DNA of 64,000 nt from a virus: positions 4,273 through 68,272 of the IMG/VR virus record IMGVR_UViG_3300023184_000103; one strand, written 5' to 3'. Made by a program: the position numbers and the translations under genes. The notes beneath the pieces are model-generated. The model saw nothing but the letters and a program-made list of their open reading frames with translations. It was not told the origin of the DNA and did no database searches. Below are positions 36,516 through 43,994 of this stretch, piece by piece; the stretch's first letter is position 1; every line of letters starts with the position of its first letter.

Positions 36516-38919
36516 CTACCAAACCCGCACCATTGACCAGCTTTACGCTTGGTTTGAGGCAGGTAATCGGGGCAACCCATGCCTTGTCCTGCCTACAGGG
36601 TCAGGCAAATCTCACATCATTGCCGCCTTGTGCAAAGACGCGCTGCAAAGCTGGCCGGAGACGCGCATTCTGATGCTGACCCATGTCCGTGAACTGATTA
36701 GCCAGAACGCCGACAAGATGCGTTACCACTGGCCGAATGCACCAATGGGCATCTACTCTGCCGGGTTGCGCCAGAAGGAACTTGGGGAGCCAATTACGTT
36801 CGCTGGCATTCAATCAGTCAGAAAAAAATCCAAAGAAATTGGCCACGTTGACTTGGTTGTTATTGATGAATGCTTTGTTGCTGGAACCAAGATTTCAACA
36901 CCAAAAGGACAAATAGACATTGACAAAGTGAGGTGCGATGACTTAGTATTTAATACACGCGGAGTTGGCACGGTAGAGGCCGTTAGCTGCCGTAATGTTT
37001 TAGAAACTTTACTTGTGGAACTTGATGATGGAACAAAATTTGAATGTACCGGAAATCACCCAATTTTTACTGACTGTGGATGGCAAAAGGCAGAACAATT
37101 GGAGGTCGGAACGCATCTTTTCCGCATTGAAGATATGTCCAGCCTGTGGAGCAGAATTCAGACCTTGGATCAAAAAAGACGACAGCGGAAAAGTAATTTC
37201 AGCAATGTCGGAACCATTTTGGAAAAAGCAAAATCATTGCTCCGTGAAGTGTGCAAAGAAATCACACCCGACGGTGCTGAATGCAGAAGCACGCAAACGA
37301 ATGCGGGAAACTTTGAAAAGAATCAGGCATCAACCTATTCAACGTGGAGGAAACGGGCAATTGCTGCCTTTGCCACAGTTAGCACTGCTTCATGCGTTGG
37401 GGGAAGGATGGATAGCAGAATATGCAATCAAGACCAAAGCGGGACATTTGAACGGGACATATCCGAATGCGTACAAAGTGGACATTTGCTATCCGGAAAA
37501 GATGATTTGCATCGAATTGGATGGGGGGAGTCACGGCAGCGAAGAGAGGAAAATGCAGGACAGGAAAAAAGACCAATATCTTGCGGGCCTCGGGTGGCGC
37601 ATGTATCGCATATCAAACGAGAAAGCCCTGTACTTGTATTCAACCTTCAAGTCAGTGGACATCCTTCTTATTTCGCTAATGGAATAGCTGTACATAATTG
37701 TCATCTAGTCAGCCACAAAGACGAAGGCGGCTATCGGACACTTCTATCGGACATCTATCGGACAAACCCAAATGTGAGGGTGATAGGATTAACCGCTAGC
37801 CCCTACCGATTAGGACACGGTTACATCACCGACAAGCCAGCCATTTTTGACGCGCTGATTCAACCTACTAGCATTGAGGAATTGATTCACAAGGGGTTTC
37901 TATCAACCCTACGCTCTAAACTGACCCGTACCAAGCTGGAGGTGGACGGGGTGCATAAGCGTGGCGGGGAATACATTGAAGCTGAGTTACAGGCTGCGGT
38001 GGACACCATTGACAAGAACCGGCTGGTGGCCGCTGAGATAGTGCGCTTGGGGCATACCCGCAAGTCTTGGCTGGTGTTTTGCGCTGGGGTTGCCCATGCC
38101 CAGCATATTGCCGAGGCATTGAATAACGAGGGCATCACCACCGAATGCGTGACCGGAGATACACCATCCAATGAGCGTGACCGCATCTTGACCGACTTCA
38201 AGGCAGGGCGAATTACAGCATTAACCAATGCCAATGTGTTAACGACGGGTTTTGACGCGCCTGGGATTGATTTGATCGCCATGCTGCGCCCTACTATGTC
38301 ACCCGGCCTGTACGTACAAATGGCGGGTCGTGGCCTGCGGATCGCGCCCGGTAAAACTGACTGCCTGGTCCTAGACTTTGCAGGCGTAGTTGAACAGCAT
38401 GGCCCCATTACCGCCGTGAAGCCGCCACCAAAAAAGGGTGAGAAGCAGGGCGAAGCGCCAGTAAAGGTGTGCGACCATTGTCAGGAGATCTGCCATCTGA
38501 GCGTGAGGGTTTGCCCAGCTTGCGGTGAGGCATTCCCCGAGCCCGAGCGCCCAGCGCTACGCTTACACAATCATGACATCATGGGCGTGGAAGGCGTGGA
38601 CATGGAGGTCAGTAGCTGGACATGGCGCAAGCACATCAGCAGGGCTAGCGGCAAAGAAATGCTCAGTTGCACGTACTATGGCGGCCTATCAGATCTGCCA
38701 GTTACTGAGTACTTGGCGGTGACGCACGACGGGTATGCAGGGGAGAAGTCGCGCCGATTACTAACTGAAATCGCGCATCATGCCGAGGTCACGCTGGAAC
38801 ATGGCACCGCTGACCTGCACCAGATGGCGCAGCAAATGACTGAGGGCTTAAAACCATTATCAATAGAATTCAAAAAAGAAGGCAAGTTTTTCACTATACT
38901 AAAAAGGACATGGATATGA
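36505..38919 (+). CDS. SF2 DExH helicase (RadD/YejH-like) with intein and C-terminal Zn ribbon
   Basis: LRDYQ, PTGSGKS, IDE|intein|CH, GLTASP, LTTGFD, QMAGRGLR, CxxC..CxxC. Confidence 0.93.
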   Translation: MLRDYQTRTIDQLYAWFEAGNRGNPCLVLPTGSGKSHIIAALCKDALQSWPETRILMLTHVRELISQNADKMRYHWPNAPMGIYSAGLRQKELGEPITFAGIQSVRKKSKEIGHVDLVVIDECFVAGTKISTPKGQIDIDKVRCDDLVFNTRGVGTVEAVSCRNVLETLLVELDDGTKFECTGNHPIFTDCGWQKAEQLEVGTHLFRIEDMSSLWSRIQTLDQKRRQRKSNFSNVGTILEKAKSLLREVCKEITPDGAECRSTQTNAGNFEKNQASTYSTWRKRAIAAFATVSTASCVGGRMDSRICNQDQSGTFERDISECVQSGHLLSGKDDLHRIGWGESRQRREENAGQEKRPISCGPRVAHVSHIKRESPVLVFNLQVSGHPSYFANGIAVHNCHLVSHKDEGGYRTLLSDIYRTNPNVRVIGLTASPYRLGHGYITDKPAIFDALIQPTSIEELIHKGFLSTLRSKLTRTKLEVDGVHKRGGEYIEAELQAAVDTIDKNRLVAAEIVRLGHTRKSWLVFCAGVAHAQHIAEALNNEGITTECVTGDTPSNERDRILTDFKAGRITALTNANVLTTGFDAPGIDLIAMLRPTMSPGLYVQMAGRGLRIAPGKTDCLVLDFAGVVEQHGPITAVKPPPKKGEKQGEAPVKVCDHCQEICHLSVRVCPACGEAFPEPERPALRLHNHDIMGVEGVDMEVSSWTWRKHISRASGKEMLSCTYYGGLSDLPVTEYLAVTHDGYAGEKSRRLLTEIAHHAEVTLEHGTADLHQMAQQMTEGLKPLSIEFKKEGKFFTILKRTWI
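36871..37698 (+). mobile_element. Intein (276 aa) in helicase motif II, no in-frame endonuclease
   Basis: Block A CFVAGTKI, block B CTGNHPIF, block F VFNLQV..HPSYFANG, block G VHN followed by Cys+1; excision restores VIDECH. Confidence 0.95.
37013..37687 (+). CDS. Zn-finger + DUF559/Vsr-like endonuclease nested in the +1 frame of the intein
   Basis: CPACG..F...HCSVKC; YKVDICYPEKMICIELDGGSH....DRKKD..L...GWRMYRISN; start uncertain (37013, 37025 or 37028). Confidence 0.85.
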   Translation: MWNLMMEQNLNVPEITQFLLTVDGKRQNNWRSERIFSALKICPACGAEFRPWIKKDDSGKVISAMSEPFWKKQNHCSVKCAKKSHPTVLNAEARKRMRETLKRIRHQPIQRGGNGQLLPLPQLALLHALGEGWIAEYAIKTKAGHLNGTYPNAYKVDICYPEKMICIELDGGSHGSEERKMQDRKKDQYLAGLGWRMYRISNEKALYLYSTFKSVDILLISLME

Positions 38920-39107
38920 GACACCCTGAACCAGAAATTGTTACAGCTTATAGGGCTACATTAAATGCACCAGTGCCGCAAGTCTGCACGACGTGCGACC
39001 ACTACACTAAGGACGGGGTTTGCTCACAATTTAATGAAGCACCGCCAAAGGAATTTGCTAACGAGCCCGGTGAGTGTAGTTTTTGGGTTTGGGAGGTACC
39101 CTTCTAA
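38910..39107 (+). CDS. Small Cys-rich protein
   Basis: C.TC.HY...G.C..F...PP..F.....C..W...VPF. Confidence 0.7.
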   Translation: MDMRHPEPEIVTAYRATLNAPVPQVCTTCDHYTKDGVCSQFNEAPPKEFANEPGECSFWVWEVPF

Positions 39108-39397
39108 TGGCAACGATTGGCAAACAAATCCGCGCCATTTGCGCCATCATTAACGCTCAGGGTCCAATGACTTACCGACAGGTAGCTGAGCAGCTTCCAA
39201 TGATTCAACTAACTAATGTACACAAGTGCTTACAACGCGCCTGTATTTTTAGTATCGTAATATGTAATGAGAAGGTTTACAACTTGTCACCTGACTGGAA
39301 GAATACGATTGAACAGTATGAAAAGTTAAATCGTAAGCCAAAAATTGTCAAAAAGAAGAAAATTATTAATTCAGTATGGAGTCTAGCCAATGTCTGA
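39107..39397 (+). CDS. Possible winged-helix DNA-binding protein
   Basis: GGAGG RBS; GPMTYRQVAEQL...NVHKCL; ends INSVWSL. Confidence 0.5.
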   Translation: MATIGKQIRAICAIINAQGPMTYRQVAEQLPMIQLTNVHKCLQRACIFSIVICNEKVYNLSPDWKNTIEQYEKLNRKPKIVKKKKIINSVWSLANV

Positions 39398-39770
39398 TTC
39401 TTTACCAAGTGAGCACCTTGAACAGGTCAGATTAGTCTCATGGTTTCGGCGAAGTTACCCTGATGTTCGTATATTTGCGGTGCCAAATGGCGGTTATCGA
39501 GGTATTGGCCAAGGCATTTCTTTGAAGGCTGAAGGAGTTAGCTCTGGCGTTCCTGACCTTTTTATCCCTGCCTGGATATGCTGGATAGAAATGAAGCGCA
39601 GCACCGGCGGCGTGGTGTCACCGGTTCAAAAGGACTGGATAGCTTACCTCAAAGGTATTGGCCATCAAGTCATTGTTGGCTGGGGCTTTGAGGATGCCAA
39701 GCGTCAGGTTTTAGAACTGAACTCATCTTTAGGAACAAACTTACTTACTGTCACCCAGACCCAGGCTTGA
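39390..39770 (+). CDS. VRR-NUC nuclease
   Basis: SEH.EQ, IFAVPNGG.R, GVPDL, WIEMK, S..QK.W. Confidence 0.88.
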   Translation: MSDSLPSEHLEQVRLVSWFRRSYPDVRIFAVPNGGYRGIGQGISLKAEGVSSGVPDLFIPAWICWIEMKRSTGGVVSPVQKDWIAYLKGIGHQVIVGWGFEDAKRQVLELNSSLGTNLLTVTQTQA

Positions 39771-39910
39771 CACTTACCTTGATCAAGGTCATCGTATGTG
39801 AATCCCTCCTCTGGACCCTCATTGCTAATGTCAATGACAACCTGCCCGTCTTCCACCTCCGCCCCCATTTCCGGCTTAAACCGTGCTTCGCAACAATATT
39901 CAGTGTCCAT
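39704..39910 (-). CDS. Acidic hypothetical protein
   Basis: 68 aa, end of the minus-strand cluster; overlaps VRR-NUC 3' end. Confidence 0.45.
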   Translation of the reverse strand: MDTEYCCEARFKPEMGAEVEDGQVVIDISNEGPEEGFTYDDLDQGKCQAWVWVTVSKFVPKDEFSSKT

Positions 39911-40052
39911 GCTTTTCCCCTTCCCATTGGCTATCTATCCAGTCAGTTGGGTCATGTGGTTCGTAGTACAAGTATTCCATGGCCTCCTGACGGCACCAGC
40001 CATAAAGGGACATCAGGTGCCGAATCTTGTCAGTAATGTCATGGTCTAGCAT
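39900..40052 (-). CDS. 50-aa protein (not in ORF track)
   Basis: MLDHDITDKIRHLMSLYGWCRQEAMEYLYYE...; GGAG upstream. Confidence 0.55.
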   Translation of the reverse strand: MLDHDITDKIRHLMSLYGWCRQEAMEYLYYEPHDPTDWIDSQWEGEKHGH

Positions 40053-40333
40053 TCTCCACTCCCGTTGCACTTAAAGCAAACAGCTTCCTCAGAATTGCTT
40101 TCGCCAGATCCGTTGCAAGCCGAGCAAATGTCAAGCTCATCGTTATAGGAATCATTACTTGGAACTGGCTCAATGTTGAAGGGACTAGACTCAAGCCCCA
40201 TCATTTTGCAGTAGTCAGCATGGTCAAGGTAGCCAGCCTCGCCACAGAACTCATCCAGAACATCGTTAAGAGAGTCAGCATCTGACTCAAATTCCACAGA
40301 AGTTTTGTTGTCTTGCCAAATTTGGTATTTCAT
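40046..40333 (-). CDS. Acidic protein with DnaJ-type CxxCxGxG zinc finger
   Basis: CSACNGSG and CFKCNGSG; AAGGA RBS. Confidence 0.65.
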   Translation of the reverse strand: MKYQIWQDNKTSVEFESDADSLNDVLDEFCGEAGYLDHADYCKMMGLESSPFNIEPVPSNDSYNDELDICSACNGSGESNSEEAVCFKCNGSGEC

Positions 40334-40356
40334 GATGGTGTCCTTGGTTGGGGCGA

Positions 40357-40686
40357 TCATGCTGCCACCAACTCAGTGACGGCAATAACTTGACCATCTT
40401 TACGGATGGCTGTAGCGCCCGTTGCTGGAGCATAAACATTGACCGTGCCGGTCGGCAGAGCAGCCAAGACCATTCCGCTGACGATGCAGGGCAGCGGGAC
40501 GCCGTTGTCGTCGCGCACAAGACCCGTCACCGGGCCATAGCTGTTGCGGACAACAGAAACACCTGCCACCACCTCGCCTGTTAGCGTAGCAATGGTGGAA
40601 ACACGGGCAAGCTGGCCCGAAGGTGGGAATGTCACATCACCAGCAGGCGTCCGCAGGGTGATAGCGTGGGGGGTCAAATTAATCAT
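40357..40686 (-). CDS. Conserved phage protein (INLTPH family)
   Basis: INLTPH.I...PSG..ARV...IVS..V......R..GQ..AV. Confidence 0.75.
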   Translation of the reverse strand: MINLTPHAITLRTPAGDVTFPPSGQLARVSTIATLTGEVVAGVSVVRNSYGPVTGLVRDDNGVPLPCIVSGMVLAALPTGTVNVYAPATGATAIRKDGQVIAVTELVAA

Positions 40687-40898
40687 AAAAAATCTCCTGC
40701 TGCGTAGCGACCAGTTTTGTCAAACCCTTGGCGGTCAATTCCCCAAACGTCATAGCCCTCGGCGTCAAAATGTCCATCGTGGCTAGCACCAAGGCGGTCA
40801 AACCCTTGCGCGTCAAAGCCAGCCGAGTCGTAACCATCAGCGTCAATGACGCCAGTGGTTACAGATATTGGGGGCCATACTTGTCCCGGCGTTCTCAT
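40683..40898 (-). CDS. G[YF]Dxx pentapeptide-repeat protein
   Basis: GIDADGYDSAGFDAQGFDRLG...GYDVWGIDRQGFDKTG-type repeats. Confidence 0.65.
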   Translation of the reverse strand: MRTPGQVWPPISVTTGVIDADGYDSAGFDAQGFDRLGASHDGHFDAEGYDVWGIDRQGFDKTGRYAAGDFL

Positions 40899-41182
40899 GC
40901 CATCTCTCCCAACTGCTCACGGGCAGCAGCTAGCTCAGTTGCCGACAGCGGGGAGCCATCGGCGTGATAGACACGGGCGTTACCGCCCTCGCCGCCCAGA
41001 TCAAACCAATTTGCCACGATGGTGGCTAGACTGGTTGACCGACGGGCTACTCTGTCAGAGTAACCCGAGACCCCTGCGTCATTGACGCAGAGGATGTAGC
41101 CGCCCTTACTGGCGGCGTGGATGGTTGGGGTCTGTGCAACCCCGTTAACAAATTTGGTCACTGTGACGGGTGATGAGTACAT
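40895..41182 (-). CDS. Hypothetical protein
   Basis: AAGGA RBS; first gene of the minus-strand cluster. Confidence 0.6.
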   Translation of the reverse strand: MYSSPVTVTKFVNGVAQTPTIHAASKGGYILCVNDAGVSGYSDRVARRSTSLATIVANWFDLGGEGGNARVYHADGSPLSATELAAAREQLGEMA

Positions 41183-41280
41183 GATGTTGTCCTTGGGTTA
41201 AGACCCTGTGCAAAGTGCTGGGGTATGGATAGAGTGTAACTGATTTTGATGCGTGCAACAAGTTTTATTGCATTATTTTC

Positions 41281-41438
41281 TAGGTGTTTACCCTAGTAAG
41301 GTTGTTAGGGTTTACCCTTACATAGTTTGCATAGTTCATGCATAGTGCAACTATGCAAATATTGGCAAAACATAGGGTATACCCTTACATACTTTGCACA
41401 CACTCCTTTAGGAGTGTGCAAAGTGTGTATCCCTATGC
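41281..41438. repeat. Intergenic repeat/palindrome cluster (origin or packaging-site candidate)
   Basis: 26-nt direct repeat at 41306-41331 and 41373-41398 (2 mismatches), catagt iterations, hairpin at 41391-41424. Confidence 0.7.
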
Positions 41439-41701
41439 GGACGAAATAGTGCAATGTTTGTTAGTAGGCACTAACATTACGGGGTCATGTTCCAAAAGTA
41501 CCAAATCATCGGAAAACTAAAAAGAACAGCAGCAAACATGGCTTGCAAAAGTTGGGTCAGGAACTTCTTCATGGCGCATCTCAAGTGTCACGGCAACATC
41601 GCCGTTCTAACAGTGTAAAAGATTTTGTAGCAAGTGAAGTTATTTTTAGGATAAAAATTTTGATGGGGTACAATCTGTAACAGACAATCTGACCGAAAGG
41701 G

Positions 41702-42190
41702 TTGATTATGCAATTACGAACTGCTAGAAAAGATGGACCGGATAAAGGCGGCGCTCTGCCTGGGTCAAACAATGGCGGTGGTGCTAGGCCGGGAAGCACA
41801 CGTCCTGCTGGGTCAGGTCGACAACCTGGGACTCCTAACAAGGTGACTCTGACCGCCAAACTGGCGATTGCTGAGTTTGTTGACGGCAATGCCCATCGAT
41901 TGACCGGCTGGCTTGATGCCGTGGCTGAAGGCACCCCGCAGCTTGATGCTAAAGGTCAACAGGTTTATGATCAGGACGGCAACAAGGTCTATGTGACTCG
42001 GCCAAACCCTGAACGTGCATTCAACCTGTTCCAAAGCGTGGTTGAGTATCACGTGCCTAAGTTGGCTCGCAGTGAGATTAGCGGACCCGGCGGTGGCGTG
42101 ATACCGATTGCTGCGGTTGATCTTAAGGGACTGAGTGATGTAGAGCTTGATACTATGCAACAACTCTTGTCCAAGGCGGCGGGTCAATGA
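41702..42190 (+). CDS. Terminase small subunit-like protein
   Basis: GRQPGTPNK.T, EY..PKL.R.E..G..GG; upstream of terL. Confidence 0.7.
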   Translation: MIMQLRTARKDGPDKGGALPGSNNGGGARPGSTRPAGSGRQPGTPNKVTLTAKLAIAEFVDGNAHRLTGWLDAVAEGTPQLDAKGQQVYDQDGNKVYVTRPNPERAFNLFQSVVEYHVPKLARSEISGPGGGVIPIAAVDLKGLSDVELDTMQQLLSKAAGQ

Positions 42191-42420
42191 ATGATTTTAA
42201 AAAGAATCTTTTCTCGCAAGGGCAAACACTGTTTACCCAAAATGAGTTTAATCAAGCTATTTCTGAAGTTAGAGAAGAAATAGTTAATATGGCAATCCAA
42301 GCGACCCACATGGCTGTGGCCATGGAACGTGAAGCCTGCGCAACGCTTGCTGACAATTGTTTGGACATTGAGAAACTAGGCGAACAGATCCGCAACAGAA
42401 TACCCGCCCAACGTCAATGA
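42187..42420 (+). CDS. Hypothetical protein
   Basis: EREACA motif; ATGA overlaps on both sides. Confidence 0.6.
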   Translation: MNDFKKNLFSQGQTLFTQNEFNQAISEVREEIVNMAIQATHMAVAMEREACATLADNCLDIEKLGEQIRNRIPAQRQ

Positions 42421-43994
42421 ACGCCCCTCTCAGCCCGGCAGCAATGCTTGGCATGGTCAAGTATGAGCAAGACCGCCGTAAGGCTGAGGGAAGCCTGTAT
42501 GACTTTGTTAAGCAATCATGGCATGTCGTTGAGCCTGGCATACCATTTGTGGCAAGCTGGCATATCCAAGAGATCTGCGAGCACCTTGAAGCCATTTCTA
42601 GTGGCGACATTCGGCGGCTGCTAATTAATATACCGCCTAGGCATTCCAAGTCAACCATCGTATCGGTCATGTGGCCGATGTGGGAATGGCTAAATACGCC
42701 AGAGGCAAAGTTCTTGTGCGCCAGTTACGCAGGCAACCTGTCTATCCGAGACAACCTTAAGGCTCGGCGCTTGGTGCAGTCACCTTGGTATCAAGAGCGT
42801 TGGGGCAGTCTGTTTGAACTGTCTGGCGACCAGAACGCCAAGCAGCGGTTTGAGAACTCCAAGACCGGCTACCGCATAGCTACCTCACCGGGAGGTATGG
42901 CAACCGGCGAGGGTGGCTCTCGGCTGGTGCTGGACGATCCCCACGGGGCTCAAGAGGCCCAGTCCGATGCCATGCGTGAGAGTACGCTGGAATGGTTTGA
43001 CATGGTCTGGTCAACACGGCTTAACAACCCCAAGACTGATGCCATGGTGGTGGTGATGCAGCGGCTGCACGAGCGTGACATCAGCGGCCACATACTCGAG
43101 GACATCAAGGGCTGGGAGCATATCTGCATTCCTGCCGAGTGGGACGGCAAGGTGCGACGGACGGTGCTGGGTCCATACGACCCACGCACAAAGAAGGGCG
43201 AGCTCATCTGCCCTGAGCGCTTTGGCGAGAAAGAGATCACGGCACTCAAGCAGCTGCTCGGCTCGTACGGTACAAGCGGACAATTGCAGCAGGATCCTGT
43301 GCCAAGTACCGGCGGCCTGCTCAAGACCGACTTCTTTGAACTCTGGCCACACGCTGACCGGCTACCGCAGTACGAGTACATACTTCAGAGTTATGACTGT
43401 GCATTCACCGAAAAGACCACCGGCGATCCGACGGCTTGCACAGTCTGGGGCATTTTTACGCACAACAAAGAGCGGCACTGCATGTTGCTTGATGCATGGG
43501 ATGAGCACTTGAGCTATCCTGACTTGAGGACAAAGGCGGTCAAGGACTGGACGACTGAGTATGGTGGCGACAATAATAGTGGCGCTGGAATGCCGACTCG
43601 TGCTCGGCGACCCGACAGGATCCTAGTCGAGGCCAAAGCCAGTGGGCAGTCGCTGCTGCAAGATTTAAGATTAGCCAGAGTGCCGGCCATAGGATATAAT
43701 CCGGGTAATGCCGACAAAGTAAGCCGCGCTCATCAAGCGGCACCCACTCTGGAGCTTGGACTATTGTGGATACCCGAGTCAAAGCGCAACCCTGGACAGC
43801 CCGTCAGCTGGGCAGCGTCATTCCTCAAACAGCTTACCAAGTTCCCATTGGCCGAGCATGACGACTATGTGGACACATTTACTCAGGCTATTATCTACCT
43901 CAAGAATGACGGCTGGTTTGAACTGCCACAAGCCAAAGACGTTGATGAACGTAAGCCTAGAAACAAAGACAAGGTGAACCCCTATGCCGCGTGA
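42417..43994 (+). CDS. terL: Terminase large subunit
   Basis: INIPPRHSKS (Walker A variant), LVLDDPH, MQRLHE.D, QSYDCA, VEAKASG, FP...HDDYVD. Confidence 0.95.
   Translation: MNAPLSPAAMLGMVKYEQDRRKAEGSLYDFVKQSWHVVEPGIPFVASWHIQEICEHLEAISSGDIRRLLINIPPRHSKSTIVSVMWPMWEWLNTPEAKFLCASYAGNLSIRDNLKARRLVQSPWYQERWGSLFELSGDQNAKQRFENSKTGYRIATSPGGMATGEGGSRLVLDDPHGAQEAQSDAMRESTLEWFDMVWSTRLNNPKTDAMVVVMQRLHERDISGHILEDIKGWEHICIPAEWDGKVRRTVLGPYDPRTKKGELICPERFGEKEITALKQLLGSYGTSGQLQQDPVPSTGGLLKTDFFELWPHADRLPQYEYILQSYDCAFTEKTTGDPTACTVWGIFTHNKERHCMLLDAWDEHLSYPDLRTKAVKDWTTEYGGDNNSGAGMPTRARRPDRILVEAKASGQSLLQDLRLARVPAIGYNPGNADKVSRAHQAAPTLELGLLWIPESKRNPGQPVSWAASFLKQLTKFPLAEHDDYVDTFTQAIIYLKNDGWFELPQAKDVDERKPRNKDKVNPYAA

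Noticed and set aside
36871-37698. Split intein or group I intron in the helicase
   Set aside because: The helicase frame is open throughout, with N- and C-terminal splicing blocks in one polypeptide.
41338-41520. 60-aa ORF in the intergenic repeat region
   Set aside because: No clear RBS or motif; it overlaps palindromic repeats better explained as cis elements.
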